From: Octopus vulgaris
Lineage: Eukaryota
Direction of reading: 5' to 3'
Assembly: GCA_951406725.2 (NCBI GenBank)
Contig: OX597814.1
Location: 152,396,001-152,460,000, forward strand
Length of the DNA: 64,000 nt
Below, piece by piece: positions 1 through 13,545 of this stretch. The translations under genes and the position numbers were made by a program. Positions within the stretch are counted from its first letter, which is position 1; every line of letters begins with the position of its first letter. The notes under the pieces are model-generated. The model did no database searches and was not told the DNA's origin. It saw only the letters and a program-made list of their open reading frames with translations.

Positions 1-372
1 CTATCATTACATAATATATTATCAAATTTCTTCATGGCTGCTTTGTATACTCCGATCCTTTCTTTATGGCTGTAACCTGAGAACTGCATGCGGTGAATGA
101 AATATTGTATGTGTCTCTTTAACTCTGTGGGCTCGCACATGTGTGACACATAGCGAGAGTACATGTTTACGAGTATGGATTTCTGTGTTAGGCGTTCTTT
201 AAGCCTTCTGTCCCACCATACCATGAAAAGGTTGGCCACATCACCAGCGATACTAACGCTGATGGCTGCCCCCTCGTCCTGGGCATATATTTTATTAAAC
301 TTAAACGTGTGGCCTTTTAGGGTAACTCTTATACTAGCTCCTAGTGCATGTGCGATCATTTTCTTGATGGAC
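1..372 (-). pseudogene. Penelope-like element RT fragment, inverted relative to the adjacent copy and internally deleted
   Basis: Manual minus-strand translation gives ...HTFKFNKIYAQDEGAAISVSIAGDVANLFMVWWD...MYSRYV|SHMCEPTELKRHIQYFIHRMQFSGYSHKERIGVYKAAMKKFDNILCND. This has PLE RT motif B and a truncated RYV(DD). Positions 1-65 are the near-perfect reverse complement of ~948-1012. Confidence 0.85.
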
Positions 373-976
373 AGGCTGAAAGGACAGGCTGAAAGGCTAA
401 AAAGGACGCTAATGGTAAATATTAGAAATAAAATATACAGAGAGCTGAGCGAACAAGAGAAGCGTAAACGTATATTTTTAAAAGAAATTAAAAACATCAC
501 CACACGAAAGGAGAAAACCACACTAATGGATTTAATATATGAAGAAAACAGACACGTAATACACCAATTCAATATCCATTTTAAGAGGAAGTTATCGTGG
601 TTGAAACAGAAACATCAATATGAGCTCGCAAAGGAAGAAAAGCAGAAATATCCAGATACAATAAATGGAATTATTATGGAAGATGTGCTACTACCAGAAG
701 AGTTCAATAAAGACAATGAAACGAACATCTATGGGGCAGTAACAACGGACCCAGACGAAATATCGATACTTCAACTACCACCAAAGTATGCAGTGTATAG
801 TAAGGTGAATACCATCAAATGCCTGTCCGAGATTGAAAAGTCGTTCACAAAAATAAGTTGGAAATTAAATAGATACAATGACAACAACACTTGCGACAAC
901 AACAACAACAACAACGTGAAAAACACTAACCGCAGCAACAACAACACAAGAAAGGATCGGAGTATACAAAGGAGCC

Positions 977-1657
977 ATGAAGAAATTTGATAATATATTA
1001 TGTAATGATAGGAATGGGATTTGCCCACTCTATAGGAACAAGTCATGGAACACTATAGAAAGGACAAAAAAGAAAATAGGGAAGGCCAACTCTTGGTATG
1101 ATAGCCATAAATACCAGAGTGTCATGTTCGTTGACACCACCCCTGGAGGTGAACTGGCGTACCGCTTTAGAAGGACCCTAGACAAACTTAAGCTAAGAAT
1201 TAAGGTTGTTGAAAAGCCAGGCAACCCTATCAAATCTATAATTGGTAGAACCTATCCTTTTAGTAGAACCCCCTGTACGGAAAAGTACTGTACTGAATGT
1301 AGATTTAGCCCACAAACAAACTGTAAAGCCAGAAATGTAGTCTATAGTATAAGATGTATAGAGGGACGATGCAGTAACAAGACAACGACATACGTAGGGG
1401 AAACGACAAGAAGCATAGGAGAGCGAGTAAACGTACATTGGAGACAACTCAAGGAAGGTAAAAGCTCATCGATTCTGTACCAACACGCCGAACAGGAACA
1501 CGGGGGATCAATCAATAACATAGAAATTAAAATATTGTCCACACATAGAACAGATGCAACAATTAGACAAATTACAGAAGCTACACACATAATAGAAAAT
1601 AAACCTAGCCTGAATAGAAAACTAGAATGGAGCACTAACACACACCACAACATATGA
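977..1657 (+). CDS. PLE linker plus GIY-YIG endonuclease (C-terminal part of PLE ORF)
   Basis: CTEKYCTEC...CKARNVVYSIRC...YVGETTRSIGERVNVH...HAEQEH...RQITEATHI...PSLNRKLEW. Confidence 0.9.
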   Translation: MKKFDNILCNDRNGICPLYRNKSWNTIERTKKKIGKANSWYDSHKYQSVMFVDTTPGGELAYRFRRTLDKLKLRIKVVEKPGNPIKSIIGRTYPFSRTPCTEKYCTECRFSPQTNCKARNVVYSIRCIEGRCSNKTTTYVGETTRSIGERVNVHWRQLKEGKSSSILYQHAEQEHGGSINNIEIKILSTHRTDATIRQITEATHIIENKPSLNRKLEWSTNTHHNI

Positions 1658-2072
1658 CGATAGAGGATCCTGAAAACATAATAAATACACAGATAAATAA
1701 ACTAATAGAAATAAATAACTATATATATTTTTTTTTCGATTCGATTTATTATTATTATTACTAGTATTGTTGTTATACATACATACATACATACATACAT
1801 ACAAGCATATGTAATGATAATAATAAGTGGATGTAAACACATGAACAAAATAAGAATAAACAAAAACAACAAAAACAAAAAACAAAATACAAATTACATG
1901 AACACATATAAACAGAAGATACAAATATTACAGGCATCCCCCCACATACACACACTAAATAAACATAGACGCACATAGAGATATAAGCATGCGCAAATGA
2001 AGACATACAATAGAAATACAAAATGGCTGACGGTTAGTAAGGAGATACACAAATAAGAAAGAAGAAAACAAA

Positions 2073-2117
2073 GGACCACTGATGCGGTCACAGGAGTGTG
2101 ACGAAAGAATTCTGGCC
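2073..2117 (+). ncRNA. Degenerate type I hammerhead ribozyme in PLE pLTR
   Basis: cca-CTGATG(cg)-gtcac/aggagt/gtgac-GAAA-gaat-TC-tgg; A9 is altered. Confidence 0.55.
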
Positions 2118-2282
2118 GAAATAAGATTAAGATTAATGTAAAAAATAAATAACTCTGAAGCAAAATAACACCAAATATATAGTGCGTGTGTTTTTATTAG
2201 CTAAACTGGCAATATGACCATTCCGAAATATAACAATATCGGTTTCAACACACGACTTCACATAAAAAATCTTGCACAACAA

Positions 2283-2313
<31 letters not shown>

Positions 2314-3331
2314 CGTATGTATGTATGTATGTATGTATGTATGTATGTATGTATGTATGTATGTATGTATGTGTGTATGAAAAATCTTTATATATAAAGT
2401 TTATGTTAGTGCTAGTACACATACACACACACTCAGGCACACATATAAGCACACACACATAAATGCATACACTCACACACGTATACACACACACATAAAT
2501 ATGTATAGAGAGTGAATATATATGTGTGTGCTCATATGTGCATATGTATATGTATTAGAAAAAAATATATTCTTTCCTACTTGGCTGGAAAAAAAACACA
2601 GATTCATTTATTGATATCATTCTTTAATGGATATTTTAGCAGAACAGATTGACAAAACAATAATTTTCAGCTCCCATCTAATTATTTATCGATAATGATC
2701 ATTGTTTAAGAACATAACAGGTTTTTATGGTCCTATTTTTATAAACTGCATTAATCACAATCAAAAGCAAACAGAAAATGTAATTCGTTGTTTCCCTGTG
2801 TTTGATATTTAAAAAGAAAACAATGCTAAGTTGATGACATAGCAGATTAGTTTCCTTTTGTATTAGCAACGTTAACACTTTCACTCCGGCACATAATTTG
2901 TTTGCAAATAGAAAGTGGTTGATTAAGGTTGAAAGCCATCTAACAGACAAATGAAATTATTGTTTGTTTAGTAATCAGGAAGATCACAACACCTTGTTAA
3001 ATAACCCACTTTATTCGAGGTGACTGACAATAATGAATTTCTTTTATCGAAACAACAAAAGAATCTCTTTTAGAAGACAGAAATTCGCTCGATATGCTAG
3101 AGTTAGCAGTTAAAAATCCAGCAAATCCTACATTCTGAAGAAAAAAAATGAAGTTTAATTTAGATATTGACTGCGGTCGGTCAGGCCTCTGTGTTTATTT
3201 TTCTCTCGAGACCCCCAGCTGTTCTTGGACCCCGCGCTACCGATATCCTCCACAAAATCGGGATAAAAGCGGCCCGTCTGAGAATTGAGCCTCACGAGGT
3301 GGGGTGGCTGCTGCAGCCACTATTATAAAGA

Positions 3332-3766
3332 TATTCTTTTCTACTCTGGACACAAGGCCCGAAATTTTCGGGGAGGGGACCAGTCGATTAGATCGACCCC
3401 CAATACGCAACTGATACTTAATTTATTGACCCCGAAAGGACCCTTGATTAATATTTTTATAATAATTCAAGGTCGAAAGGCAAAGTCGACCCCGGCGGAA
3501 TTTGAACTCAGAATGTAACGGCAAACGAAATACCTATTTCTTTACTACCCACAATCGGCTAAACACAGAAAGGACAAACAAGGACAGACAAACGGATTAA
3601 GTCGATTATATCAACCCCAGTGCGTAACTGGTACTTATTTATCGACCCCGAAAGGATTAAAGGCAAAGTCAACCTCGGCGGAATTTGAACTCAGAACGTA
3701 GCGACAGACGAAATACTGCTAAGCATTTCGCCCGGCGTGCTAACGTTTCTGCCAGCTCGCCGCCTT
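3332..3766 (-). mobile_element. tRNA-derived SINE family A with internally repeated unit
   Basis: Head GGCGGCGAGCTGGCAGAAACGTTAG...GAGTTCAAATTCC and body GCCTTTCATCCTTTCGGGGTCGATAAA, recurring many times in the window. Confidence 0.85.
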
Positions 3767-3997
3767 GAATTATTGTAAAGATATTAATCAAACGGTATTT
3801 AAGAAAATCATTTATAAAATGACATCTTGTTTTCAATAAAATCATAATTAATAAAATCATATTCTACTAAAACAAAGTAATCACAAAAATGACAAATATA
3901 ATTTATATGGAAGGCTTTCCTTGTCAATTTCTCGGAGTCTACGTTAAACTATTTTTGATGATATGACAACAGATGGAAAATCAGCCATCATTGTACA

Positions 3998-4290
3998 TGT
4001 TGGACTCTCCCGTCGTTAGACGACGTATGAGGGTTCTACAACTTCTCACCACACAGATGATTTGTTTTATAGTGATCAAATGTTTGTGTAGACATAAGCT
4101 CACTCCCTCCATCAGATCGACATTATCTATACAGGTGCAACGGGGTGCCACATGTCAGATGTCAAAACGATCGCAGAACAACGTGAAATGGAGTACATTG
4201 CTCAAGAAGAACACAACGCCCGGTCTGGGAATCGAAAACGTGATCTCACAATCGTGAGTGCAACACCCTAACCACTAAGCCTTGCACCTT
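3998..4290 (-). mobile_element. tRNA-derived SINE family C
   Basis: Minus-strand A-box-like GGCTTAGTGGTTAGGG and B-box-like TTCGATTCC; related to 12560-12695 and 41885-42203. Confidence 0.7.
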
Positions 4291-4304
4291 TACTATATAT
4301 AATT

Positions 4305-4397
<93 letters not shown>

Positions 4398-4519
4398 CTA
4401 CATACAGACAGACAGAGACAGAGAGAGGCAGAGATTGAGAGAGCCTGCGTATATGTATCTTCAGGAAATTAACTCTATTTCCTCATGTTAAATATGCAAT
4501 CAGTAGTTTCATTAATAGT

Positions 4520-4794
<275 letters not shown>

Positions 4795-4899
4795 GTATAG
4801 ATCACTGTGAGTTTGTGCATGGTCGTGCGTGACTTTGTACGTGCTCGCGTGAGAGCGTGTCTGTTGATGTGTTTCCTTCCTGGCAGAGTGAGCTGTCAC

Positions 4900-5373
4900 C
4901 CTAATTAATAATCATACTTCTTGAAACTCTATATGTCTCATAGCATAAATGCTCACTTGGGGACTTACTTAAAGATATAATTAGTTGAATATTTGCAGGC
5001 TTCAGCTAACCGTAATTTTCAGCTCATCTCATTATTCATCTTCGATGTCCTTCGTGTCTTTGACCGTCTTGGAAATTTCATACGATAAATGTAAGAGTTA
5101 ATATCTTCGAAAATTCCCATTTTAACCTTATTTTGGTGAGATAAAAGGCAGTACAAAATATATTATATTTTCGGTTTTTGTTTTATTTCATGATGCAAAG
5201 ACCAAATAATCTTCTTGAAAATCTCCATAAAGCCCTAACAAGGTATTCTTTGTCTAAATAAAGTAAAAGGATAAATGTCCAGATTCTTTGCTGTGTTACC
5301 CATCACAAAATGATAATTTTACTGTTTTTTCTGCTTACTTTAAATACGAGAACGCACATGCAAACACAAATAT

Positions 5374-5406
<33 letters not shown>

Positions 5407-5483
5407 ATTCATATGCATACATATGCAATATATATATAGATATGTTTGTATGTATACATATATATATACATACACACACATAC

Positions 5484-5554
<71 letters not shown>

Positions 5555-5810
5555 GGAGAGAGCCAATAAAGTGATTAGTTGCTTTTCTTTTACCATGAAA
5601 TATAAATACCGAAAGAAGTTTTGCGATAGATCAGAGCAAAATTAGATAATTTTCATACACATTCTTACAAAGACAGTGTTTTTGTTTTTCTTTTTTACCT
5701 TATCTTCGCTTTGGCATTTTTCAGTCTTTTGAAACTGAACTGACAGAGTAGCATAAATTATTTCAGAAAACTATAATTGAATATTTGAAAAGCTTCTTCC
5801 TTTCGTTTCA
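4900..5810 (+). repeat. Diverged duplicated segment, copy 1 (copy 2 at ~7433-8105)
   Basis: Colinear shared blocks ctaattaataa.atacttc, cacttggg.acttactt, cagctcatctcattatt, cagtctttt.gaa, atatttgaaaagcttct. Confidence 0.7.
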
Positions 5811-6359
5811 TTTAATTATAAAGCAATGTTGAGAGATGTCAACAGATTTTGAAGATATTTCCCATTGCTGGCTTAATCAATGACACCGCATATTATAAAT
5901 TATCGATTACTAAAGTTAGGAAGTTTGCAACCACGGATCACCTTGTATGTTTCAGACACTGAGCGTACTCATAGCGCACCGGGCGGGAGAATGCAATTTC
6001 TAAAATATTCCTTCTGAATTTGACAAGAATTTGAAGCACCAGACATGTCTGTGGTTCTCTGAACATGTTTTGGGGATAGCTAAAAACTTCCTAGTATTCA
6101 GGTTTTTATTATTACATAATGCAACATTAATTTTGTAGAGTGGTCGAATTGGTAAAGAGCCTCGCAGGGTATAGTTACAGCTTTCTACATTTTCAGTTCA
6201 ACTCCTCATGTCATCAGATATAAGTATCAACTTCGAATTGGAGCCCAATAAATTGACTACTTTCCTCTTCCTACTATAGAAATCATAATTGTTAAGATGA
6301 TCACACTGTATTTCAGGAAATCATTTCTAAAATTGCAGCCTTTTCAATCATATTTTATT

Positions 6360-6974
6360 ATTTTCTACTAAAGGTACAAAGTCAGAAATTTGGAGGTAGG
6401 GGGCCAGTCGATTAGATCGACTCCAGTACGCTACTGGTATTTCATTTATCGACCCCAAAAGGATGAAAGGCAAAGTCAACCGCGGCGGAATTTGAACTCG
6501 GAACATAAAGACAGATGAAATACTGCTAAGCATATCGCCCGGCATGCTAACGTTTCTTATTTCTTCATTGTCCACAAGGGGTTAAACATAGAGGGGGACA
6601 AACAAGGACAGACAAAGGGATTAAGTCGATTACATCGACCCCAGTGCGTAACTGGTACTTAATTTATCGACCCCGAAAGGATGAAAGGCAAAGTCAACCG
6701 CGGCGGAATTTGAACTCAGAACATAAAGACAGATGAAATACCTATTTCTTTACTACCCACAAGGGGCTAATCACAGAGGAAACAAACAAGGACAGACAAA
6801 CGGTTTAAGTCGATTAGATCGACCCCAGTGTGTAACTGGTACTTAATTTATCGACCCGAAAGGATGAAAGGCAAGGTCGACCTCAGCAGAATTTGAACTC
6901 AGAACGTAACGGCAGACGAAATACCGCTAAGCATTTCGCCCGGCTTGCTAACGTTTCTGCCAGCTCGCCGCCTT
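6360..6974 (-). mobile_element. SINE family A with three tandem internal units
   Basis: Three copies of gaccccgaaaggatgaaaggcaa.gtc.acc..ggc.gaatttgaactc; head ends at gccagctcgccgcc. Confidence 0.9.
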
Positions 6975-7432
6975 TTTCAAGCATATCTTATTGATCGAAT
7001 TAAGACTTCCGGTAGAACAAAATAATCACAGTAATGAATAAATACAGTTTGTAAAGGAAAACGTTACATGCATGCAAATTAATCGCAGTCTTCGTTAAAC
7101 TATTTTCCACGCTATAACAACTGATGAAAGACAAGCCGCCATTATGTATATCTTCTGTGTGAGTGTGTGTATGTGTGTGTGTCTGTGTCTGTGTTTGTGT
7201 GTGTGTGTGTGTGTGTGTATGAGTGTGTATCTTCATGAAATAACCTATTTCTATTTTCTTATGTTGCAGCTTCCATCAAGGGAATTTGATTACTACAGCA
7301 ATATATAAGTGTGAGTCTACTTACACGAAAGTGTGTGTGTGTGTGTGTGCGTGCGCGTGCGTGCACATATACGCTTTTACGTGCATGTAAGACAGAATGA
7401 TAAGTATTCCTTTTGTCAAATTGAACTGTAAC

Positions 7433-8105
7433 ACTAATTAATAATTATACTTCATGAAACTCGATATGCCTTATATTATAAACGTTCACTTGGGAACTTA
7501 CTTCAAGACACAATTAGTTGAGCATTTCCAAACACCAACTAACCATAGCTTCGATAAACTGCAGCTCATCTCATTATTATTCTTCCATGTTCTTCATTTG
7601 ATTAATAAGCAGTGTTTGACCAACTTAGCAATTCGTTTGCGGGTTATCTTTAACAATTTCCATTTTCATTTTCTTCATTTTTAACCGTTCATTGTAAGTT
7701 GATAGGAAGTTATGAGATGTAGTATATTTTCAGGTTTCTGTTAAAGGATGTATACACAAAATAACATTAAATAATCTGTATAAAAAGATTAATTTAAAAC
7801 GTTTCAATATCCATATTATATGAAAAATGCCAATGACATGAACAGTTGCTTTTTGTTTTTTGTCTTTTTGTTCTTGTTTTTTTTTTGTTTTTTTTTTTTG
7901 CATGAAATTTAAATACCAAAAGAAGAATTCATATTCGTGAGAGTTAGATTGATTATTTTTGTACTTCACATTCTAAGACAGAAAATTTATTTTTCTTATC
8001 TTTTCATTGGTATCCTGCAGTCTTTTCGAACTAAAATGACAGGGTTGCATTAATAATTTTAGCAGTATATAATAAGATATTTGAAAAGCTTCTGCTTTCT
8101 TTCCA
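7433..8105 (+). repeat. Diverged duplicated segment, copy 2
   Basis: See 4900-5810. Confidence 0.7.
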
Positions 8106-8662
8106 TGTGTTTTCGTTGGATTATGAAAAATACGTTGAGAAATATAATATTTTACTTTTACTACTAAATATTTAGTATTAAAGTCAAGAAGATTAGACAC
8201 ATATACGTGAACCTTTGAATGTGATTCTCGGGTAACAGTCACGCTTTTGTAGCACCGAAAGTGTTTCTTGTGAACTGAATGTGTCTTTGGGGCAACATAA
8301 TTGTCTGGTTGACAATGATCGTGTTTTTGTATGACTGGAACATTTAGAAAAGGATCAACAGTTGATATCTTGGGATCGGCGTTGTGCTTTGTCTCTGTTC
8401 TAAGACACTTATTACTAATATCATCTCCAGAGCCCAGTCCATCCGACTTTTGAGAATCTACCACGGAATGATATTATATCTGCAATCATCAGCAACATAA
8501 TAACCTGACCAATGTTTTGTTAACTTGCAAGATCTATGGAACACATTTCACGAAAATAAAGCTTGGCCGTTGAATTTTTAACCAACCCCAGCAAAATGCA
8601 TGAGTACAAGATCCCTATAAGTTCAATTTAACCTCCGTGGGTGAATTCTGAATGGATGGTGC

Positions 8663-8718
<56 letters not shown>

Positions 8719-8722
<4 letters not shown>

Positions 8723-9070
8723 GAGATAAGAAAATGGAGAAATACATCTAAATCAAATATCAATTACCAGATAATACTCAATCACATACTTTATTAAACC
8801 ACCACATAAGAGACTGTAGGGTTAAACATAAAGAAGCAGAACAAATCAGTGTACATAAAGGAATGTAAATAAATAAGTGTACATAAAAGAGTAATGTTGT
8901 ATAATAAGTAGAATATATATAAAAAAAGAATATACATATAAGTAAATATAAATATATACGTATAGATTACATCTTACAGCTGTTTCGGCCATGTAGATAA
9001 GTATGCCTCATTTTACCAATATTAGCCTTTTATGGTAGGTCAATATATAGATATAAATGAAACATTTACA
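8719..9070 (-). mobile_element. Probable PLE pLTR fragment between (TA)n tracts, with HHR remnant at 8971-9014
   Basis: Minus strand aaaATGA-ggc...gcc-GAAA-cagctg-TA-aga; AATAAA near the 3' end; TA flanks. Confidence 0.55.
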
Positions 9071-9289
9071 AAATATATATATATAGTTTTAGAGGGCCAG
9101 CAGTGATTACGAAGTTTTGGCTTTGTTGACTTAAACTTCGAAGTCGCTATAAACAACATTCGTGTATAAAAATAATAAATTTCAACAAAAGTATCGTATA
9201 ACCCATCAGATTAATATAAAATTATTTTTATTATAACTTAACATAAAAGCAGACATTAATATAACAATATATATATATGTGTGTGTGTG

Positions 9290-9349
<60 letters not shown>

Positions 9350-9353
9350 ATAC

Positions 9354-9386
<33 letters not shown>

Positions 9387-11323
9387 CATACACATATATT
9401 TATAGATATATATATGTGTGTATGTATATGTATATACATATATATATGTATACACATATACATACACATATATATAGATATATATATATATATATATGTA
9501 TCTATGTATGTATGTATATACATACATACCTAGCGTGTGTTTGTGTGTGCGTGATTAGCAATATATATGCATTACTTGAACCATGACTAATTATTACAAT
9601 CTACATCATTTAACGTCTTATCTACTATATCAATCTCATAGAGCAACACCAATGGTGAATTTAATCGCGCAATTGATAATCACTACAGTCAAGTTAGAGC
9701 CATCATACTCTATGTAGCGAGGAACATGTCTAATTAATTAACAGGTATACTATCAGAAGCACACATTAATTTTAGTTTAATCTGATTTTTGGCAAGTCAT
9801 CTGAACTGCTCGTTGCATAAATCTTAATAATTAATTATATCTTTCACTCTCAATACATTAAATTTGATGATAATACTTATTAATAGTTTTTTTCGTATGG
9901 CTGACATAACTGGTTAATTTTCGTGGTCATTCTGATAATTTTTAACAACTATTTATGAGCATTTATACTTATACAATATTTCTAAAGTGATTCTTTTATT
10001 AATCTGACAAATATGGAGAATTTTAAATTTCACAGAGGAGGCTTAAAAAAAATGAAACATGTCTAGATTTGTCGTCCATGCTACTAATATTAAATTGAAT
10101 TTGTATTTGTCATAAAATTAATAGTTTATTCTCACTCAATAAGTATTATAATTGATTTGTTTCTTCAGTACATAGAGTTTGATGAACATGCTTCAAATCA
10201 TATTTTTCTTGCAGGAAATATTTACTACTTTTGACTGGGAGAAATATTTGTAGAGGAAAAGAAAATAGTTAATTGGGTTGAACTCTATATAACAAAAGTA
10301 ATTATTTTTCGAATGGGACAGGGGAATGAAGAGTAATTAAGCAGAAGTATGATTTGAACTCAGATCGTATGCATTTATTCCACTACTCTGATATTTCCAA
10401 TAACTCACTGCTTTTACTAATGTAGTATTATTCCTCCAAATTAAATATAACATTTCAAAACTTTCTCTGTGAAAATATATGTGCATGAGCAACTGAACGT
10501 TCACTGAAAGAAATACTCAAGAGACGTCTCAAAAGTATCTCCGTTTAAATAAGTTAGTCCTAATATATTGAATAAATGGCTTGTTTAAAAGCTAACTGGA
10601 AATGAATATACAATATGGGTGTTCATTTCCATTTTTCATTTCCCTTTTTTCATTTTCCAGGTAGGTAAAGGAGATAACTCCAGGCCAGTTCATTTTTGGT
10701 CTCAAGTCGAACTCATGATTGATATTTAAACTTCCTCTGGTTCTCAGTGTTTCTCCAATATCATTGAAATATATTCAAGTGTCAAAACTGTACAATAGCA
10801 AGATAGATTAGACGTTGAAAATGAGGGTTTTTCCAATAATATTGAGCACACAGGAAAGGGTTTTACTCTTTCACCCTCGTAATACAATATAGAGATAATG
10901 TGTCTTCTATTTCTGTGGCTTATAAAAGAATAAGCTTTCCTTTTAGAGAGAAAACGTAACGTGGGTAAATAGTTTTCAATAAAAGGGAAAAAGTAATAAA
11001 TATATAATAAATTTTTTTAAGAGCTTAACATACCTTGTGACAAAGTATATTTGTATCTTAATATTTCAGTATCTCAAATGAATTTACTCTTTACTGGTTT
11101 TATACAACGAATTGCCGCCGTATTGGACCACAGACTTCATCGGTTTTTGTCGATTATATTAGCTTCATCAGTACTTTGTATGGTACCTACTTAATCGATC
11201 ACGTAAGAAACGAAGATCACGTTGTCCTTAGAGTAAAAAGAGAAAACTCAATAGAAATTATTCTTGGCACGTTTTTCACTGCCCCCATTTGTTCCCAGCA
11301 TGCCGATACATGCGCTCATACAA

Positions 11324-11360
<37 letters not shown>

Positions 11361-11442
11361 TTAATTTCCTGTTAAGGTAAGAGCAACAAAATGTATGCCA
11401 TCCGGTTTGTGTATATATATGTGTGTGGGGGAGTATGTGTGT

Positions 11443-11586
11443 GGCTGTATGGTAAGACGCTTGCTTCCCAACCACATGCCTCCGGGTTCAGTCCCACTGG
11501 GCATCTACTTTAGCCTCGGGTCGACCAAGCCTTGTGAGTGGATTTTGTGGAGGAAACTGAAAGAAGACTGTCGTATGTGTGTATGT

Positions 11587-11670
<84 letters not shown>

Positions 11671-11838
11671 TTATTTCCCCAACAGCACCGCTTGATAATC
11701 GGTATTGGTGTGTTTACGCCCCCGTACTTTGCGGTTCCGCAAAGAGACCGATATAATAAGTATTCGACTAAAAACCCTTCAATGTGGTGCTCAGCATGGC
11801 CGCAGTCAAGTGACTGAAACAAGTAAAAGATAAAAGAT
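11443..11838 (+). mobile_element. tRNA-derived SINE family B with internal (GT)n
   Basis: Head ggtaaga.gcttgcttcccaaccacatg..ccgggttcagtcccactg; tail cagcatggccgcagtcaagtgactgaaacaagtaaaaga. Confidence 0.85.
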
Positions 11839-12242
11839 ATACGACAGACTTTGAGCAACTCAACTTGATGCACAGAATGATCAAGTTCAGAATTACGCAG
11901 TTGTGAAAAGGACTCATTTTATTATACGGCTTTGCCTGTACCCATATTTACCGCATTACAACATTCTCGAATAAGATATTTACATGCATGTCATTTTCAT
12001 AAAATATATTTCAACGTTTCCTTATTACTGCAAAATCTCCTCCGCGTATCCATGTTGAATTGCTACTGGACTGAAATGATCTCATCGCTAAGGTCTACTT
12101 CATCTGTTACTTCTACCTTACATAACATTTTTTCGAAGATTCTTGTTTCCTTCTTCCCTGAAATAAATAATTTCTACCATAGATCGAGTCGACCAAAGCC
12201 TCGTGAATGAATTTGATTGAGGGAAATTGAAAGAATCCCGTC

Positions 12243-12457
<215 letters not shown>

Positions 12458-12559
12458 AAGACATACCGACATACAGACAGGCAGACAGATAGACAGGGGT
12501 ATGTATGTATGTGTGCATATCTATATGTATGTATGTGTGTATGTGTTTGTGTTTGTGAC

Positions 12560-12695
12560 TTACTGAGTGAACTAGAGCAATGTGAAACCAAGTGTCTTGC
12601 TCAAGAACACAACACACTGCCCGGTTCAGGAATTGAAACCACAATCTTATGATCAAGAGTCCAACACCCTAACTACTAAACCATGTGCCTCTTCT
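12560..12695 (-). mobile_element. SINE family C head fragment
   Basis: cttgctcaagaacacaac...ggaattgaaacc...caacaccctaactacta, similar to 4190-4290. Confidence 0.6.
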
Positions 12696-12801
12696 GCCTT
12701 AGGAGTTACAACACCAATAACATACATATGCTGTGTTATGCACACACAACTGCACATGTGTATGTACATACGCACTCACACATATACATATATATATATA
12801 T

Positions 12802-12834
<33 letters not shown>

Positions 12835-13501
12835 GTCGTCGTCATTTAACATCCATTTTCCATTGCTTGACAACTGGTGTTGGTTTGCTTATGTTTCAGT
12901 AAATTAGCGGTTCGGCAAAAGAGAGCGATGGAATAAGTAACAGGCTTTTAAAAAAAAATAGTTCTGAGGTCAATTCTTTCGACCAAAACCATTCAAGGCG
13001 TACTCTCATTTTGAAACTATTTTCAATGAGTTTTTTTCATTCTTCTAGATCCCAACAGATCTATGTCCTTTCTAGAGTGTTCTTGGTGATGTACCTCATA
13101 TGATACATTCATAGACCTGCTTTTCTCTTCTATCAAATCCTTTGTCCTCGGTGTCAACTTAAATAAATTAATACATGTTGAATTCTAATCTGTTGGCTTA
13201 ACAAAGCTGATATGTCAAGTAAACTGATGTCTTAGCAAAGCTAACATTCATCCCTTCTAGCAGATTACAAATGGAAACTTCATAAATATTTATGTGCATT
13301 TATCAACGATATAACAATGAAACTAATCGTAAGATAACACTTGAGCAAACCAAAATGTAATACCATGATTAACAATTGCGAATACAAATATTAGTTATAT
13401 AATTGGTTATATTTATTGCTTAGCTGTAATGCATTTGGCAATAATACTGTGACTAATATAATACAGTAACTATATATATAGATAGATAGATATATATATT
13501 T

Positions 13502-13545
<44 letters not shown>

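Larger units (their letters stand above)
373..2285 (+). mobile_element. Penelope-like retroelement with RT core deleted (N-terminal domain, GIY-YIG, 3' pLTR), ending at (TA)n
   Basis: The N-terminal region (...EISILQLPPKYAVY...EIEKSFTKISWK) is joined through a (CAA)n tract to the C-terminal GIY-YIG ORF. The A-rich 3' region has an HHR-like motif and abuts a TA microsatellite. Confidence 0.85.

Noticed and set aside
163-990. 275-aa ORF as a single gene
   Set aside because: Chimeric: the first ~70 codons are the antisense of the inverted RT fragment, and only the rest is PLE N-terminal sequence.
2690-3050. Possible enhancer rich in Fox/Sox-like sites
   Set aside because: Such motifs are expected by chance in AT-rich DNA; conservation data would be needed.
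7973-8464. 163-aa minus-strand ORF
   Set aside because: No recognisable motif, non-ATG start, and it overlaps the diverged non-coding duplication.
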